Of a DNA stretch of 64,000 bases, positions 41,852-52,183 are shown piece by piece. Below the pieces are notes generated by a model. It saw only the letters and a program-made list of their open reading frames with translations, was not told the origin of the DNA and searched no databases. Where the stretch lies: contig DAHVNA010000004.1 of NCBI GenBank assembly GCA_027319565.1, positions 25,522 to 89,521 of the forward strand, read 5' to 3'. The stretch comes from Elusimicrobiota bacterium. GTDB taxonomy: Bacteria > Elusimicrobiota > Elusimicrobia > UBA1565 > UBA9628. Every line of letters starts with the position of its first letter. Position 1 is the stretch's first letter. The translations under genes and the position numbers were made by a program.

Positions 41852-42392
41852 TTAAATTCTCCTTATTGCTGCGAATCTTGTTTGAATTTCCAAATTTTTC
41901 AACGATCTTTAAGCGCGAATTCCGGCTTGATTTAAGATGGCAAAGGGCTATTGCGGCGGCATCGGCGACATCGGCGGGGTGAAGGGTTTCTTTGAGGCCT
42001 AGCGCCCGCTGAACGGCCCATTGCATTTGAGATTTAATCGCTGTTCCGCTACCGGTCAGAGTCAATTTAACCGCGCGCGGATTGTATTCTTTGATTGGTT
42101 TTTTGGCTAAAGCCGCGGCCAGTAAAATGACCCCGCGGGCCTGAAGAGTCGCCCTCACGGTCGGGGCCGCCTTTAAAAAAAACATCTCTTCGATGGCGAC
42201 GGCATCCGGCGCGTGTTCTCTAATGACGCGTTTGACTTCATTGTGGATGTAAACGAGGCGTTCCGTTAATACCTGCGTGGGAAATGTCCGGATAAGACCG
42301 GAGGCGATGAGTTGGGGGACAGGGGCTCCGCCTTCATTTAAGACCGCCCATCCGGTCTCGGAAACGCCGGGATCTATCCCTAAGGTGATCAT
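41835..42392 (-). CDS. ruvC: Holliday junction resolvase
   Basis: LGIDPG, AIEEMFF, QARGVI, TGSG.A.K.Q, DVADAAAIALCH. Confidence 0.96.
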   Translation of the reverse strand: MITLGIDPGVSETGWAVLNEGGAPVPQLIASGLIRTFPTQVLTERLVYIHNEVKRVIREHAPDAVAIEEMFFLKAAPTVRATLQARGVILLAAALAKKPIKEYNPRAVKLTLTGSGTAIKSQMQWAVQRALGLKETLHPADVADAAAIALCHLKSSRNSRLKIVEKFGNSNKIRSNKENLNAASH

Positions 42393-43147
42393 CAGGCTTC
42401 AAGTTTCGCTAATATCTCATCCGGGATGTCGAAATTAGCGTGGACATTTTTGACGTCATCATGCTCTTCTAAAGCGTCAATGAGAGCCAAAACTTTTTCG
42501 GCCGTCGCCTGGTCCAAGGTGATGGTGTTGTCTGGCTTCATGATGGAAGACGCCGATTCGACTTCATATCCCGCCTTGAGCAAGGCTTCTTTCGCTTTAT
42601 CGGTATTGAGAGGTGTCGTGATCACTTCGAAAAATTCGGAATCATCGGTCGCGATATCCTCAGCGCCCGCGTCAAGGGCCTGAGACATGAAAGCGTCCTC
42701 GTCTTTGACCGAGCTTTTTTTGACGCGGATAAGGCCTTGGGGCTTGAACATCCAGGCGACGCAGCCCGCCTCGCCCTTGTTCCCGCCATTTTTAGTGAAA
42801 ATCGTCGCAATCTCCGAACCGGTGCGGTTGCGGTTGTCGGTCGTCACTTCAACTAGAATTGCGATGCCGCCGGGGCCGTAGCCCTCATAGGTTAACTCTT
42901 CATATGTCGCTCCGGGAATTTCGCCGGTCCCTTTTTGAATGGCGCGTTTGATGGTGTCTAAAGGCATATTGGCCGCGCGTCCATCGTCAATCGCCTTGCG
43001 CAGCCTGGGGTTTCCGGCCGGATCCCCGCCTCCCATCTTTGCCGCAATCGTGATTTCGCGGCTGATTTTAGTCCAAACTTTTCCGCGCTTGGCGTCGATG
43101 AGCGCCTTTTTGTGTTTAATTCCCGCCCAGTGAGAGTGTCCGCCCAT
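42392..43147 (-). CDS. yebC: YebC/PmpR-family protein
   Basis: MGGHSHWAGIKHKK, YEGYGPGG, TDNRNRT, DDVKNVHAN. Confidence 0.97.
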   Translation of the reverse strand: MGGHSHWAGIKHKKALIDAKRGKVWTKISREITIAAKMGGGDPAGNPRLRKAIDDGRAANMPLDTIKRAIQKGTGEIPGATYEELTYEGYGPGGIAILVEVTTDNRNRTGSEIATIFTKNGGNKGEAGCVAWMFKPQGLIRVKKSSVKDEDAFMSQALDAGAEDIATDDSEFFEVITTPLNTDKAKEALLKAGYEVESASSIMKPDNTITLDQATAEKVLALIDALEEHDDVKNVHANFDIPDEILAKLEA

Positions 43148-43264
43148 AAAGCCTCCAGAGAAATTTCAGCGGAGTCAATTGAGACCCGCCTTTATCCATT
43201 TTAGCACATCGCGGGAGGCGTTTTAGGGCATTGCTTTGAGACATTTAGGTATAATAGGTTCATT

Positions 43265-44782
43265 ATGTGGAAAAATCTTTTCGCCGCAAAGCCTCTTTCC
43301 CTGATTATGGAGGAAATGAACACGGGTAAGCGCTTGAGCCGGGTGTTGGGGCCTTGGCAATTGGCCGGGATCGGAATCGGCGGAATCATCGGCACCGGAA
43401 TTTTTGTCTTGACCGGAGTCGCGGCGCATGACAAGGCGGGGCCGGCTCTTATTCTCTCCTTTGTTTTTGCCGGAATCGCCTGCATTTTCGCCGCCCTTTG
43501 CTACGCGGAGTTTGCGGCGATGGTCCCCGTTGCGGGTTCGGCCTACACCTACGCTTACGCGACACTAGGCGAGCTGTTCGCCTGGATTATCGGCTGGGAT
43601 TTGATTTTGGAATACACCGTGGCCTCCGCCGCCGTCGCTCATGGATGGTCTCATTATTTCCAGGACTTCATCAGTATTTTTGGGCTCTCGATTCCGCATG
43701 CTTTGACAAACGCGCCGTTCGATTTTAGCCCGACCTTGGGCCGCCTTTTGCCGACGGGCACGGTCTGCGATTTTCCCGCCATCGTCATCACCTTCATCAT
43801 CATGGGGATTTTGATCGTCGGCGTCAAGGAAAGCGCCTCTTTTAACGCCTCGATGGTGTTTACGAAACTTGTGGTGGTCCTTTTTGTCATCTGCGTGGGG
43901 GCTCTTTATGTCAAGCCTCACAATTGGATTCCCTTTGCCCCCTATGGATACACGGGGATCAGCTTTTTTGGAAAAACGATTCTGGGACAAACGGGCGCGA
44001 GTGGAGAGCCCTTGGGAGTTTTTGCCGGGGCCGCGATGATTTTTTTCGCTTATATCGGCTTTGACGCGGTCTCAACCCAAGCCGAGGAGGCGATCAACCC
44101 GCAAAAAAGCGTTCCCTTCGGAATCATCACGTCTTTGATCGTCTGCACGGTTCTTTACATCGCGGTGACGGCGGTCTTGACTGGAATGATCCCATACAAA
44201 CAAATCAATATCGACGCTCCGATTTCGGAAGCCTTTAAGCAGGTGGGGCTTCCCTGGGCTCAGGGGATTATCGCCTTGGGCGCCTTGGCTGGGATCACTT
44301 CCGTTTTGCTTGTCATGATGCTCAGCCAGCCGCGCGTGTTTTTGGCGATGGCTCGCGACGGGCTTTTGCCGAGAAAGTTTTTCGCGGCGATCCATGACAA
44401 ATTCCACACTCCTTATAAAGCGACGATTTTGACCGGCATCGTCGTGGCGGTGATGTCGGCCTTGATTCCGCTCCGCATTTTGGCCGAACTCGTCAATATC
44501 GGAACGTTGCTCGCTTTCGTCATCGTTTGCGCCGCAGTCCTCATCATGCGAAAAACCCATCCTCACGCTGCGCGCCCGTTTTTATGCCCCCTTGTTCCCG
44601 CCGTTCCTATTTTGGGAATCGCCTTTTGCCTTCTCCTGATGTTTTCTCTCCCGGCGGAGAATTGGTGGCGGTTAATTATTTGGCTCCTCATTGGACTAGT
44701 GATCTATTTCTTCTACAGCCGCCACAATAGCGTCTTGGCCGAGGAAAGGCGTAGAATCGCCGAGCGTCCGGATCCCGCATAA
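43265..44782 (+). CDS. APC-family amino acid permease (cationic amino acid transporter-like)
   Basis: IIGTGIFVLTG, GSAYTYAY, FFAYIGFDAVST, MARDGLLP. Confidence 0.95.
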   Translation: MWKNLFAAKPLSLIMEEMNTGKRLSRVLGPWQLAGIGIGGIIGTGIFVLTGVAAHDKAGPALILSFVFAGIACIFAALCYAEFAAMVPVAGSAYTYAYATLGELFAWIIGWDLILEYTVASAAVAHGWSHYFQDFISIFGLSIPHALTNAPFDFSPTLGRLLPTGTVCDFPAIVITFIIMGILIVGVKESASFNASMVFTKLVVVLFVICVGALYVKPHNWIPFAPYGYTGISFFGKTILGQTGASGEPLGVFAGAAMIFFAYIGFDAVSTQAEEAINPQKSVPFGIITSLIVCTVLYIAVTAVLTGMIPYKQINIDAPISEAFKQVGLPWAQGIIALGALAGITSVLLVMMLSQPRVFLAMARDGLLPRKFFAAIHDKFHTPYKATILTGIVVAVMSALIPLRILAELVNIGTLLAFVIVCAAVLIMRKTHPHAARPFLCPLVPAVPILGIAFCLLLMFSLPAENWWRLIIWLLIGLVIYFFYSRHNSVLAEERRRIAERPDPA

Positions 44783-44790
44783 CTTTGCCG

Positions 44791-46446
44791 ATGGATTTGT
44801 CCAGGCTTTGGAAGCGAAAGGGGCTTAATGAGTTGTCGTCCGAAGCGGAGGACCCTCACGGTCTTTCGCGTTCCCTAGGGCCTATCGATCTCATTTTCCT
44901 CGGAATCGGAGCCGTGATCGGCGCGGGAATTTTTTCTACGATCGGAACGGCCGCCGCCGGTCAAATCGACGCATCGGGACACGTTGTGCGCTTGGCCGCG
45001 GGGCCCGCGATTATTCTTTCCTTTGTCGTCACCGCCGTTGTCTGCGGCTTTGCCGCCATCTGCTACGCCGAAATGGCCTCGATGATTCCTATTTCCGGCT
45101 CGGCCTATACCTACGCATATGCGACGATGGGGGAATTGATCGCGTGGATTATCGGTTGGGATCTCCTTTTGGAATATGCCGCCTCGAACGTGGCCGTCGC
45201 CATTTCCTGGGCGGGCTATTTCAACGAGATGGTTCATAACGCCGGGCTTTTAATCGGCTCGTCTTTAGGACGCCCCGGCTGGAATTGGGGCGTGCCGGCT
45301 TGGTTGAGCATGTGTCCGCGGGGAACTCCGGATGCGGTCTTCGCGGCGGCTCCTCATCTGTTCGGAATTCCCATCGTCTTTAATTTGTTCGCGGTTCTCA
45401 TCATGGCGGCGATTACATGGATTACGGTCATCGGCATTAAGGAATCCAGCCGCTTTAACGCGATCATGGTCCTCATTAAATTGGTGATTCTTTTATTTTT
45501 TACCGCCGTGGGAGTGAGCCTTTTTAAGATGGACCATTGGATTCCGGTGGGATCGGTGTCGGCGTGGAAAGGTTTTGCGCCGAATGGCTGGGGCGGAATT
45601 TTTTCCGGCGCGGCGATCGTCTTTTTCGCCTATATCGGCTTTGACGCGGTTTCAACGGCTTCCGAGGAAAGCAAAAACCCCAAGCGCGATATTCCCATCG
45701 GCATTATCGGATCTTTAATCGCCTGCACCGTCATCTATATCGTCGTCGCCGCGGCCTTGACCGGCATGGCGCCCTACGCGAGCTTAAACAACGCCGAGCC
45801 CTTGGCCTCGGCCATCGAGCGGCATGCGTCCGCTTCAAGCGGGCTATGGATTACTTTTTGCGCTTTTTTGGTTTCGGTGGGATCGGTGGTCGCCAACACG
45901 GCGGCCCTCTTGGTCTATCAGATTGGCCAGCCGAGAATTTTCTTCTCGATGTCTCGTGACGGGCTTTTGCCGTCGTGGTGCGCGAAGATTCATCCCAAAT
46001 ACAAGACGCCGGTCGTGACGACTGTCCTCACGGGAGTCGCCGTCGCGGTCTGCTCCGCCTTTTTTCCGATTGATGAAATCGTGGATTTGACCAATATCGG
46101 CACTCTTTTTGCCTTTATCCTGGTTTGCGGTGGAGTTTTGATTTTGCGCGTCACCGATCCCGAGCGCCCGCGGGATTTTCGCGCGCCTTGGGTGTGGCTG
46201 ACGGCGCCCGCCGGAATCATCTCGTGTTTTTTGCTGATGGTTTATCTGCCGAAAGTGACCTGGGTTCGTTTTTTCGTCTGGCTTTTAATCGGGCTTGCCT
46301 TTTATTTTGCGATGGTCGTTTGGCAGGAAAATTTACGCCAAAACGGAATGTCTAAGAGAAAATCATTTTGGTTGACCGGGATCGCGGCTTCCATCGTTAC
46401 GGCGATCGTGACCGGAGGGAGCATTTGGCTGGGGCTGTGGAAATAA
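44791..46446 (+). CDS. APC-family amino acid permease, tandem paralog
   Basis: VIGAGIF, GSAYTYAY, FFAYIGFDAVST, MSRDGLLP. Confidence 0.95.
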   Translation: MDLSRLWKRKGLNELSSEAEDPHGLSRSLGPIDLIFLGIGAVIGAGIFSTIGTAAAGQIDASGHVVRLAAGPAIILSFVVTAVVCGFAAICYAEMASMIPISGSAYTYAYATMGELIAWIIGWDLLLEYAASNVAVAISWAGYFNEMVHNAGLLIGSSLGRPGWNWGVPAWLSMCPRGTPDAVFAAAPHLFGIPIVFNLFAVLIMAAITWITVIGIKESSRFNAIMVLIKLVILLFFTAVGVSLFKMDHWIPVGSVSAWKGFAPNGWGGIFSGAAIVFFAYIGFDAVSTASEESKNPKRDIPIGIIGSLIACTVIYIVVAAALTGMAPYASLNNAEPLASAIERHASASSGLWITFCAFLVSVGSVVANTAALLVYQIGQPRIFFSMSRDGLLPSWCAKIHPKYKTPVVTTVLTGVAVAVCSAFFPIDEIVDLTNIGTLFAFILVCGGVLILRVTDPERPRDFRAPWVWLTAPAGIISCFLLMVYLPKVTWVRFFVWLLIGLAFYFAMVVWQENLRQNGMSKRKSFWLTGIAASIVTAIVTGGSIWLGLWK

Positions 46447-46712
46447 TGGATACGAAGCTGATGCTCAGCGCTTTTTTTACTCTTTTTCTCGCCGAGATGG
46501 GAGACAGAACTCAGTTTGCCGCCTTGGCCTTGGCGGCGTCAACGCATAAGCCCTGGTCAGTTTTTGTCGGCGCCCTGGCGGGCTTGGCCTTGGCCCTTCT
46601 TTTAGCGGTGGTTTTCGCCGACATCGCCGGCCGCTATCTTCCCGAGCTTGTTTTGAGAAGAACCGCCGCCGTTCTCTGCATCGCCATGGGCGTTTGGATG
46701 TGGTGGCGGTAA
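46446..46712 (+). CDS. TMEM165/GDT1 (UPF0016) single-repeat protein
   Basis: FLAEMGDRTQF motif, 3 TM helices; TAATG coupling. Confidence 0.9.
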   Translation: MDTKLMLSAFFTLFLAEMGDRTQFAALALAASTHKPWSVFVGALAGLALALLLAVVFADIAGRYLPELVLRRTAAVLCIAMGVWMWWR

Positions 46713-46730
46713 ATAAATAAAAGCTTAGGC

Positions 46731-47126
46731 TTAATTTTCCGGCCAGTGGGAAAGAATCTCTTTTCCCGCGGAAGAATCCGGCTTGATTCCCGCTTTGTCG
46801 AGATATTCCGAGACATCCTTTCGAGTAGGCGCGTGGTCTTTGATCCAACTGTGAGCAGCTTGTTCAGGATTATCTTGAGGAATCTTTGGCAACGTCGCTC
46901 CTAGATACAAAAAAACTAAAACCGCAAACCCCGCTTCGACGGCGAGTTTGACGACCTTGGAGCCGATATCGACGAGTTTAATCGCGATAAAAACCGCGAT
47001 AGCCGAAACCAGAATTAAGGAAAACTGGGCGAGGTGATACCCATGGGCGTGCCATTGGGGAAAATGGAACAAGAAAAATAAGTATCCGGCGACGGCGTAT
47101 ATGATTAGGCGTAGAAGGGTTAACAT
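46731..47126 (-). CDS. Hypothetical membrane protein
   Basis: 3 TM helices; follows the tonB-like gene by 6 nt. Confidence 0.7.
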   Translation of the reverse strand: MLTLLRLIIYAVAGYLFFLFHFPQWHAHGYHLAQFSLILVSAIAVFIAIKLVDIGSKVVKLAVEAGFAVLVFLYLGATLPKIPQDNPEQAAHSWIKDHAPTRKDVSEYLDKAGIKPDSSAGKEILSHWPEN

Positions 47127-47132
47127 AGTTTT

Positions 47133-47813
47133 TTAATTGGAAGTGAGCGTTAGATGAATTTTTAAAAAGGGCTGGTGAAAATCTCGCGGTAGAGGCGGAA
47201 ACGGAGAAGCGTCTTGAACGGAAGACAGCGCCGTTAAGTCAAAATCCGAGTCGCCGGAGCTTGACTCCGTTTTTAGATCTACAATTCTTCCGTCTGGCAT
47301 AATTTCAAAAACCACCTCGCATTTCCCGGAAAACGAAGGGAGATTTTTCGACCACTGATCCCAAAGCGCTGCGCGCAATTCGCTAATATACCAAGGGTAG
47401 GGGAAGTTTGGCAAGTCCGCCGAGATATTGGCGCTGGCCGAAGGGCCTGTAGCATTGTTTTGTTTGACCGAAACCACGTTAGATTTAATACGGGATTTTG
47501 TCGGCGCGATAGGCTCTGAATCAGAAGAAAGAAGACTGGGTTTGGGCAAGACAAAATGCCGAGGTTTTTTAGAGAACGAAACCTCTTTGTTTTGATTAGC
47601 TGAAGTCGCGGCGCTTTTGGCGGTGGAATTTTGGGACGGCGTCTCGGGGCCTTGGATTTTGACCGCGCTGGGGCCGACGAAATCAATAGTGTAAAAGTGG
47701 GGCGTTTCGGAAGAATATCTTCGGGCAATTAGGATAAAAAATATCGCAAGAAGCGAATGCGCCAGAAAAGAGCCGACAATATAGGGCGACAACTCGGAAC
47801 TCCAAAGCCGCAA
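47133..47813 (-). CDS. TonB/TolA-family energy transducer
   Basis: N-terminal TM with S-x3-H (SFLAH), linker, C-terminal SSGDSDFDLTALSSV..PFPPLP. Confidence 0.88.
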   Translation of the reverse strand: MRLWSSELSPYIVGSFLAHSLLAIFFILIARRYSSETPHFYTIDFVGPSAVKIQGPETPSQNSTAKSAATSANQNKEVSFSKKPRHFVLPKPSLLSSDSEPIAPTKSRIKSNVVSVKQNNATGPSASANISADLPNFPYPWYISELRAALWDQWSKNLPSFSGKCEVVFEIMPDGRIVDLKTESSSGDSDFDLTALSSVQDASPFPPLPRDFHQPFLKIHLTLTSN

Positions 47814-47845
47814 TTGATTAGAAATGGGAATCCTCCGGTTCCTAA

Positions 47846-48259
47846 TTAGCGTGGAGTCTGCGCGACTCCAACGCCGAGTTTGCCAACTCCAAGGCGTTTA
47901 GCGACGTCCATGACATAGACCACTTTTTCTATCGGGACCGAATGATCGGCCTCGACTAAAATCGTTTTCCGGGCGGCATGGGGCAGTTTTAGAATCAATT
48001 CTTCTTTTAGATTGTTCCAAGAGACGGCGTTTCCATCAATGAGTAGAGCGCCCGAGGATGTAATCTGAAGGGTGAGCGCGTCTGAATTGGAAACGGGAAC
48101 GGCCGATTTTGATTTAGGGAGTTTAACGCTCAATTCCGAGCGAACCAGCATAGGAGTTAAGACCATAAAGATAATGACTAAAATTAAAGATACGTCAATG
48201 AGCGGAATCATGTTGGGTTCCGCAAACAGCGCGCGACGATTTCTTCGCGAGGTCCTCAT
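47846..48259 (-). CDS. exbD: ExbD/TolR-family protein
   Basis: NMIPLIDVSLILVIIFMV, VKLPK, EADHSV. Confidence 0.9.
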   Translation of the reverse strand: MRTSRRNRRALFAEPNMIPLIDVSLILVIIFMVLTPMLVRSELSVKLPKSKSAVPVSNSDALTLQITSSGALLIDGNAVSWNNLKEELILKLPHAARKTILVEADHSVPIEKVVYVMDVAKRLGVGKLGVGVAQTPR

Positions 48260-48882
48260 GAAGAGGCTTTTCCGGACAGATGTTCGATGATTTCTTCCGA
48301 TATCCAGTTCATTTCATCTAAAAATTGTCCGATCTTATTGGTGAAATAGTTGTAGGCCCAAACGGCGGGAATGGCCACTAAAAGTCCGGTGGCGGTGCAG
48401 ACGAGGGCTTCCGATATTCCGACAGCGACAATTCCCGGCCCCGCCCCGGCGGCCCCGGCTAAATCTTGGAAGGCGCGAATAACTCCGACCACGGTTCCAA
48501 AAAGCCCGATAAAAGGGGCGGTGGATGCGATCGTTGCTAGAAAATTCAGCCTTTTTTCGAGAAGCGCGGCTGCTCTTGAGGCCGCGCGATCGGCTTGGCG
48601 TTTTCTTTCTTGGCGATTGGAAGAGCCGACCAAACTCGCTGTTATGACAGAAGAGGCAAGCCCTTTATAGCTTTTGCTAATCGTCAGAGCCTGGGAAAGA
48701 TTTTCTTCTTCTATGTTTTTCCTAATTTTACCCAAGAAAACGTCTAGGCCAGAAAAAGAGTTTTTAAAAAATTGCCAGCGCTCCCAAACCAGGGCCATGG
48801 AGTAAATCGATAATAGGATGAGAAAGGCTAGCGGCGCCCCACCCGAGATTAGGACTTCTTTGATCGTGATATGAAAACCCAT
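48256..48882 (-). CDS. exbB: ExbB/TolQ/MotA-family proton channel
   Basis: APFIGLFGTVVG, GISEALVCTATGLLVAIPA. Confidence 0.92.
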   Translation of the reverse strand: MGFHITIKEVLISGGAPLAFLILLSIYSMALVWERWQFFKNSFSGLDVFLGKIRKNIEEENLSQALTISKSYKGLASSVITASLVGSSNRQERKRQADRAASRAAALLEKRLNFLATIASTAPFIGLFGTVVGVIRAFQDLAGAAGAGPGIVAVGISEALVCTATGLLVAIPAVWAYNYFTNKIGQFLDEMNWISEEIIEHLSGKASS

Positions 48883-49011
48883 GGAGTTTGACCTATTTTA
48901 AGGTATAATAATAAATTATTATATGATTAAGCGCAAGTCCCGCGTCTTTACTCGGAAATACCAAAGGCCCTTCTGTTTTTGCGGACGGCTCTTGTATTTG
49001 GGAGATGTGGG

Positions 49012-51063
49012 ATGATTGGGGATCTCGTCTCCAAGTGGATGCCGTTTCCAGAGCGGTATTACCACAAGCCTAAGGATTGGGCCGATAATTTGCGCCCGGA
49101 TTCCGGATTAACCGATCACGAACACGTTCCCCATCTATTGAAGAATAGCATTCTCAAGGCTCAAGAAGCCTTGCTGAGAATGCAAAACCGGAAAGAGGGT
49201 TTTTGGTGCGGACCCCTTAAATCCGACACGACCATTGTATCTGATTCCATCATGCTGTTTAATTTCTTGGGGCGGGGCCAAGACCCCAAGGTCCAGAAAA
49301 TGGCCGCTCATATTATGCGCGAACAGCTGCCGGACGGCGGCTGGCCGATTTATAAAAACGGTTCGTCGGATGTTTCCGCCACGCTTAAGGCGTATTGGGC
49401 TTTAAAATTCGCCGGTTATTCTCCTCAAGACGCGAGAATGCAGGCCGCCCGTAAAAGGATTCAGGATCTGGGCGGCATTCACAAGGTCAACACCTACACG
49501 AAATTTTACATGGCCGTTTTCGGCCAGTATGATTGGAAGGGCGTTCCCACGATTTTGCCGGAGTTGATGTTGTTTCCAAGATGGTTTTATTTCAGCATTT
49601 ATGCGATGAGCTCTTGGACGCGGGCCATCGTCATTCCGCTGTCCATCGTTTGGGCTAAGCCTCCCAAAATTTCGTGTCCGCCTAATGCCGTTTTAGACGA
49701 GTTGTTTCCGGATTCCCGGCGTTATGTTCCGCTCAAGGACACGATGCCGCGGCATGGATTTTTTTCATGGACTAATTTCTTTTTATTGTGGGATCAGGGC
49801 TTGAAAAAATTAGAGGGTCATGGAGGGCACTGGATTCGCCAATGGGCGTTGCGCCTGGCCGAGGATTGGATTCTTCAGCGTTTGGAAGGCTCCGATGGTT
49901 TGGGAGCGATTTATCCTGGAATCATTAATACGATTATGGCGATGAAGTGCCTAGGATATCCGGAGACCGACCCGCGTTTTATTCAACAAATAAAGGTTCT
50001 GGAAAATTTGGAGCTTGATGAGGGCGATGCGTTGCAGTATCAGCCTTGCCATTCTCCTATTTGGGATACGGCTATTTCAATTATTGCCCTAGCGGAATCG
50101 GGTCTTGAGAGAAACCATCCGGATCTCATTGCCGGCGCTCGCTGGCTGATTTCAAAAGAAATACGCGTCGCCGGAGATTGGCGGGCGACCAATCCCTTGG
50201 CCCCGATTGGCGGTTGGTATTTTGAGTTTAACAACACCTATTATCCCGATATTGACGACACCGCGATGGTGATGCTGGCCCTTCGGCATGTCGAGATGGA
50301 TGAATCCCTAGGCAAAGCTAGGGAGCGCTCATGTTTGCGCGGAATCAACTGGCTTTGGGGCATGCAGTCCCGTTCCGGCGGCTGGGCGGCTTTCGACAAG
50401 GACAATACAAGGGCGATTTTGACGAAAATTCCTTTCGCCGATCATAACGCGATGATCGACCCGCCAACGGCGGATGTCACGGCCCGGGTTTTAGAATTTA
50501 TGGGCTATGTCGGCTATGATCTCAGTTTTCCGCGAATTAAAAAAGCGGTTGATTTTTTGCGCCAGGAGCAGGAGAAAGACGGTTCTTGGTTCGGGCGCTG
50601 GGGAGTCAATTATATTTATGGAACCTGGCAAGTTCTTAGAGGTTTAGCCGCGATTGGCGAAGATATGAATCAGCCTTATATCCGGCGAGCGGCGGATTGG
50701 CTTAAATCGGTTCAAATGGACGATGGCGGCTGGGGGGAGCGCTGCGACACTTATAATGATCCTAGCCTCAAAGGCAAGGGACCTTCAACCCCATCTCAAA
50801 CCGCCTGGGGGCTTATGGGCCTTTTGGCGGCGGGAGAAAACGGCGACAGTGAGCCTGTCCGCCGCGCTGTCGATTATCTGATTCGGACTCAGAAAATTGA
50901 CGGAACCTGGGATGAAAATGAGTGCACGGGAACGGGCTTTCCCAAGGTTTATTATTTGGAATACACGATGTACCGCCAGTATTTTCCGCTCCAAGCCCTG
51001 GGAAACTACTTGAAGATTTTCGCATCGAACAAAAAAATGTCGTCGGTCGCTGAACCCGTATAA
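49012..51063 (+). CDS. shc: Squalene-hopene cyclase
   Basis: YYPDIDDTA (DXDD), QW repeats, GSWFGRWGVNYIYGT, STPSQTAW, TGTGFP. Confidence 0.97.
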   Translation: MIGDLVSKWMPFPERYYHKPKDWADNLRPDSGLTDHEHVPHLLKNSILKAQEALLRMQNRKEGFWCGPLKSDTTIVSDSIMLFNFLGRGQDPKVQKMAAHIMREQLPDGGWPIYKNGSSDVSATLKAYWALKFAGYSPQDARMQAARKRIQDLGGIHKVNTYTKFYMAVFGQYDWKGVPTILPELMLFPRWFYFSIYAMSSWTRAIVIPLSIVWAKPPKISCPPNAVLDELFPDSRRYVPLKDTMPRHGFFSWTNFFLLWDQGLKKLEGHGGHWIRQWALRLAEDWILQRLEGSDGLGAIYPGIINTIMAMKCLGYPETDPRFIQQIKVLENLELDEGDALQYQPCHSPIWDTAISIIALAESGLERNHPDLIAGARWLISKEIRVAGDWRATNPLAPIGGWYFEFNNTYYPDIDDTAMVMLALRHVEMDESLGKARERSCLRGINWLWGMQSRSGGWAAFDKDNTRAILTKIPFADHNAMIDPPTADVTARVLEFMGYVGYDLSFPRIKKAVDFLRQEQEKDGSWFGRWGVNYIYGTWQVLRGLAAIGEDMNQPYIRRAADWLKSVQMDDGGWGERCDTYNDPSLKGKGPSTPSQTAWGLMGLLAAGENGDSEPVRRAVDYLIRTQKIDGTWDENECTGTGFPKVYYLEYTMYRQYFPLQALGNYLKIFASNKKMSSVAEPV

Positions 51064-51076
51064 ATTGAGGTAACTT

Positions 51077-52183
51077 ATGCCATCACCTATGTCGTTGCAA
51101 TTGTCTGTCCTTAAACACATCCTGGCGCAGAAGATTAAAGGCAACAAAAAATATCCACTCGTCATGATGCTGGAGCCCTTGTTCGCCTGTAACTTGGAAT
51201 GCGCCGGTTGCGGCAAGATTCAGTATCCGACCGACATCTTGCGCAAGCGCTTAAGCCCCGAAGAGTGTTGGGAATCGGCGGAAGAGTGCGGCGCTCCGGT
51301 GGTTTCTATCGCGGGAGGAGAGCCCTTGGTTCACTCCCAGATTGACACGATCGTCGAAGGTTTGATTGCCCGCGGGAAATATATTTATCTCTGCTCCAAC
51401 GCCATTTTGCTTGAGAAAAATATCCACCGCTTCAAGCCTTCCCCCAAGCTGATTTTTTCCATCCATTTAGACGGGGTCGAGAAAACCCATGATCGGATGG
51501 TTTGCCGCGAGGGGGTTTACAAGACCGCCGTTTCCGCGATTAAATTGGCCAAGTCAAAAGGCTTTAACGTCATGACCAATTCGACCATTTTTCAAGGAGA
51601 ATCTTCCGAGGAATTTCGCCGCTTCTTTGACGAGACCATGGCCCTTGGGGTTGACGGCATGATGATTTCCCCGGGGTATGCCTACGAGAAAGCGCCGGAA
51701 CAAAGCCTGTTTCTTAAAAACGAGCAGACCAAGTCTTGGTTTAAAGAGACGCTTAAAGACTGGAGAAAAATGGGATGGGATTTCAATCACAGCCCTTTTT
51801 ATCTTGACTTTCTGGAAGGCAAACGCGATTATGACTGCACTCCATGGGGAAATCCGCTGCGCAATGTTTTCGGGTGGCAGAAGCCCTGCTACTTGATGGC
51901 CGACGGTGGTTACGCGAAAACCTACAAGGAACTCTTGGAAACGACCGACTGGTCTCAATACGGGCATGCCTCTAAAAACCCCAAGTGCGCCAATTGCATG
52001 GTTCATGTCGGTTTCGAGCCCTCCGCCGTGGTCGAAGGTTTTTCAAGCCTGCCGCGTTTCATGGAAATGGTCATTGATTTCGCGACGATCAAGGGACCCA
52101 AAAAGGCTCAGAACGCCTACCCGAGAAAAATGGAAACAGAAGAAAAATTGGTTCCGGTCGGCAAGGATTCTTCCGCGCATTAA
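51077..52183 (+). CDS. hpnH: Adenosylhopane synthase, radical SAM
   Basis: YPLVMMLEPLFACNLECAGCGKI, CTPWGNP, WQKPCYL, CANCMVH. Confidence 0.95.
   Translation: MPSPMSLQLSVLKHILAQKIKGNKKYPLVMMLEPLFACNLECAGCGKIQYPTDILRKRLSPEECWESAEECGAPVVSIAGGEPLVHSQIDTIVEGLIARGKYIYLCSNAILLEKNIHRFKPSPKLIFSIHLDGVEKTHDRMVCREGVYKTAVSAIKLAKSKGFNVMTNSTIFQGESSEEFRRFFDETMALGVDGMMISPGYAYEKAPEQSLFLKNEQTKSWFKETLKDWRKMGWDFNHSPFYLDFLEGKRDYDCTPWGNPLRNVFGWQKPCYLMADGGYAKTYKELLETTDWSQYGHASKNPKCANCMVHVGFEPSAVVEGFSSLPRFMEMVIDFATIKGPKKAQNAYPRKMETEEKLVPVGKDSSAH

Noticed and set aside
43265..46446. Tandem APC permeases as a novel system
   Set aside because: Ordinary diverged paralog pair
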